A stretch of DNA of 17,121 bases, taken from positions 1 to 17,121 of the forward strand of contig CAVXDX010000016.1 of assembly GCA_963760615.1 (NCBI GenBank). The letters run 5' to 3'. Within the stretch, counting starts at the first letter, position 1; each line of letters opens with the position of its first letter. The position numbers and the translations under genes are program-made. The notes below the pieces were generated by a model that was given only the letters and a program-made list of their open reading frames with translations, was not told the origin of the DNA and did not search any database. The stretch is from an uncultured Candidatus Micrarchaeota archaeon. Its GTDB lineage: Archaea; Micrarchaeota; Micrarchaeia; Burarchaeales; Fermentimicrarchaeaceae. This document shows positions 15,516-17,121 of this stretch, piece after piece.

Positions 15516-17121
15516 ATGGACTTATTCGGGAAATTCAGCATATTTATTATTATATCTGCCATCCTGCTTTTTGGTTGCACCTCGCAACAACAACTCCAGC
15601 AATTTTTTCAGAGTAATCAGTCAAGCTCAGCATGCATACAGGAAAACAGCATATGTGGCTATGGAACTGCTCCGCCTAGCACTCTTGCTGCTAACAAATC
15701 GCAATTCTACGGAAAATGCTGCGAAGGTTACGCATGTGTGGAAGGCTACTGCAAAAAAACAACTGAGAATTGTGTTGGGAAGGGTCAGCTTTGCGCATAC
15801 GGGCCAACCGCGCTAGCGCACCCAGAAAATCTCACTTATTACGGAGAATGCTGCGAGGGCGAATGCACAAATGGATACTGTAAGACTGCTTGCAAAACCT
15901 CCGGCTCTTGCACCACTGCTGCAGACTGTTGCACAGGTCTTGAGTGTACTAACGGGCAGTGTAAAGTTCCGTGCAAAACCTCCGGCGCATGTGCAGGTAA
16001 CTCGGACTGCTGCGCAACCTACTACTGTGACGAGACTTCAAAATGTGCCAAGGTATGCAAAACCAGTGGTTCCTGCGCTCAGAACTCAGAATGCTGCTCG
16101 GGATACTTCTGCAGCCCCAACCTTCAATGCATTCCAGAGCCGAAATGTGTCGAGCACAGGGGCAGCTGTACCACCACAGGCCAGTGTTGCTCAGGCCTCG
16201 AATGCGTTGGTGGAACGTGCACAAACACAACATGTAAATGGGGAAGTGCCTGCAACAGCACATCAGAATGCTGCACCGGCCTGTACTGCGGCCAAACTGG
16301 AATTTGTGGTATAGAGACATGTTCAGAAATCAACAACTTATGCAACACTACTGACGACTGCTGCCTTGGTGCAAAATGCCAGAATGGCACCTGCATAAAT
16401 TGGACCTGCTCATCACTCAACGAATCCTGCGCTTCAATCAGCTGCTGCGCGGGGCTGACGTGCATGAACTACAAATGCTCCACCCCATGCAAAATATCTG
16501 GAATATGCTCAAAGAATTCTGAGTGTTGCACTGGCTATTACTGCAGCCCCATGGGCTATTGCGCTAAAATAGCCTCCTGTGTTTTCGAGAGTGCCAACTG
16601 CACAAACACCTCGCAATGCTGTTCTGGGCTTCAATGCAATAACGGACAATGCACAAAATACTGCAAACAATCTGGCCCATGCTCCAGCAATTCAGAATGT
16701 TGCGCAGGCTACCTTTGCAATGCAGATATGCAGTGTGCCCCTCAACCAGTAATTCTCTGCGCGAATTCCTTCCCGAACTGCACAGGAACCTGCAACAGCG
16801 GATGGTGCTTTAACTCAGGGCCTGGGATCTGCACATGCGCAGCATACGATGATAATTCATGCACCAGTCTGTGCTCCTCTTCGGGATCACCTTACGGAAG
16901 AAGAGTCCACAGCTCTAGTAACTGCAGCGCATCAGAATCATACATAAACGGCTGCTGTTGTTACTCTCAGGCTGCTCCGCCGCAACAGCCACCACAACAA
17001 AGCTGGTACTACTGTTGCTATTCAAACGGCCAAAATCACTGTTCCTCAACATTATGTCTCCCAACGGAGTTTACAATGGGCAGCGGTTTCTCCTCCCAAC
17101 AGTCATGCCAATCCTCATGTC
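15516..17121 (+). CDS. Cys-rich tandem-repeat lipoprotein (at least 535 aa, 3' end outside the window)
   Basis: Manual translation shows no stop from ATG 15516 (alternative 15498) to the window end. Signal MDLFGKFSIFIIISAILLFG-C, about 91 Cys (about 17%), 13 N-x-S/T sequons by hand count. Confidence 0.92.
   Translation, partial: MDLFGKFSIFIIISAILLFGCTSQQQLQQFFQSNQSSSACIQENSICGYGTAPPSTLAANKSQFYGKCCEGYACVEGYCKKTTENCVGKGQLCAYGPTALAHPENLTYYGECCEGECTNGYCKTACKTSGSCTTAADCCTGLECTNGQCKVPCKTSGACAGNSDCCATYYCDETSKCAKVCKTSGSCAQNSECCSGYFCSPNLQCIPEPKCVEHRGSCTTTGQCCSGLECVGGTCTNTTCKWGSACNSTSECCTGLYCGQTGICGIETCSEINNLCNTTDDCCLGAKCQNGTCINWTCSSLNESCASISCCAGLTCMNYKCSTPCKISGICSKNSECCTGYYCSPMGYCAKIASCVFESANCTNTSQCCSGLQCNNGQCTKYCKQSGPCSSNSECCAGYLCNADMQCAPQPVILCANSFPNCTGTCNSGWCFNSGPGICTCAAYDDNSCTSLCSSSGSPYGRRVHSSSNCSASESYINGCCCYSQAAPPQQPPQQSWYYCCYSNGQNHCSSTLCLPTEFTMGSGFSSQQSCQSSC
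15633..16736 (+). repeat. 12 tandem six-cysteine modules with C-C-CC-C-C spacing
   Basis: Examples: CKTSGSCTTAADCCTGLECTNGQC and CKQSGPCSSNSECCAGYLCNADMQC. DNA-level echo TGCAAAACCTCCGGC at 15891 and 15972. Confidence 0.9.

Noticed and set aside
15508-16465. Track ORFs 15508-15816, 15871-16314, 15949-16320, 16043-16237 and 16124-16465
   Set aside because: Alternative-frame or antisense shadows of the Cys-rich lipoprotein gene.

Overview
Compact archaeal chromosomal window. A DPANN/Micrarchaeota-like origin is my inference from PolB3, type II MetAP, DUF359, a BHB-intron tRNA and an LLFGC lipobox. Left part, housekeeping: inositol monophosphatase (runs off the left edge, missing from the ORF track), tRNA-Arg(TCG) with a 13-nt non-canonical 29/30 intron, map, a HAD hydrolase, polB, rpiA, dephospho-CoA kinase and an MFS transporter. 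Middle: a HExxH metallopeptidase, an ArsR-like wHTH regulator, a membrane protein and a MacB/LolD-type ABC cassette with a COG1361-like surface protein; a 24-bp promoter element is duplicated in this block. Right part: a stand-alone VapD/Cas2-like gene behind a perfect 18-bp palindrome, a nitroreductase, a 66-bp IS903-like MITE with a 9-bp target duplication, nnrD and a second HAD. The window ends in a gene also missing from the ORF track: a lipoprotein of at least 535 aa with 12 tandem knottin-spaced (C-C-CC-C-C) modules, the most unusual item here. No CRISPR array, integrase or transposase is present. Translations and folds not in the ORF track were done by hand; family calls are by motif recognition, not database search.
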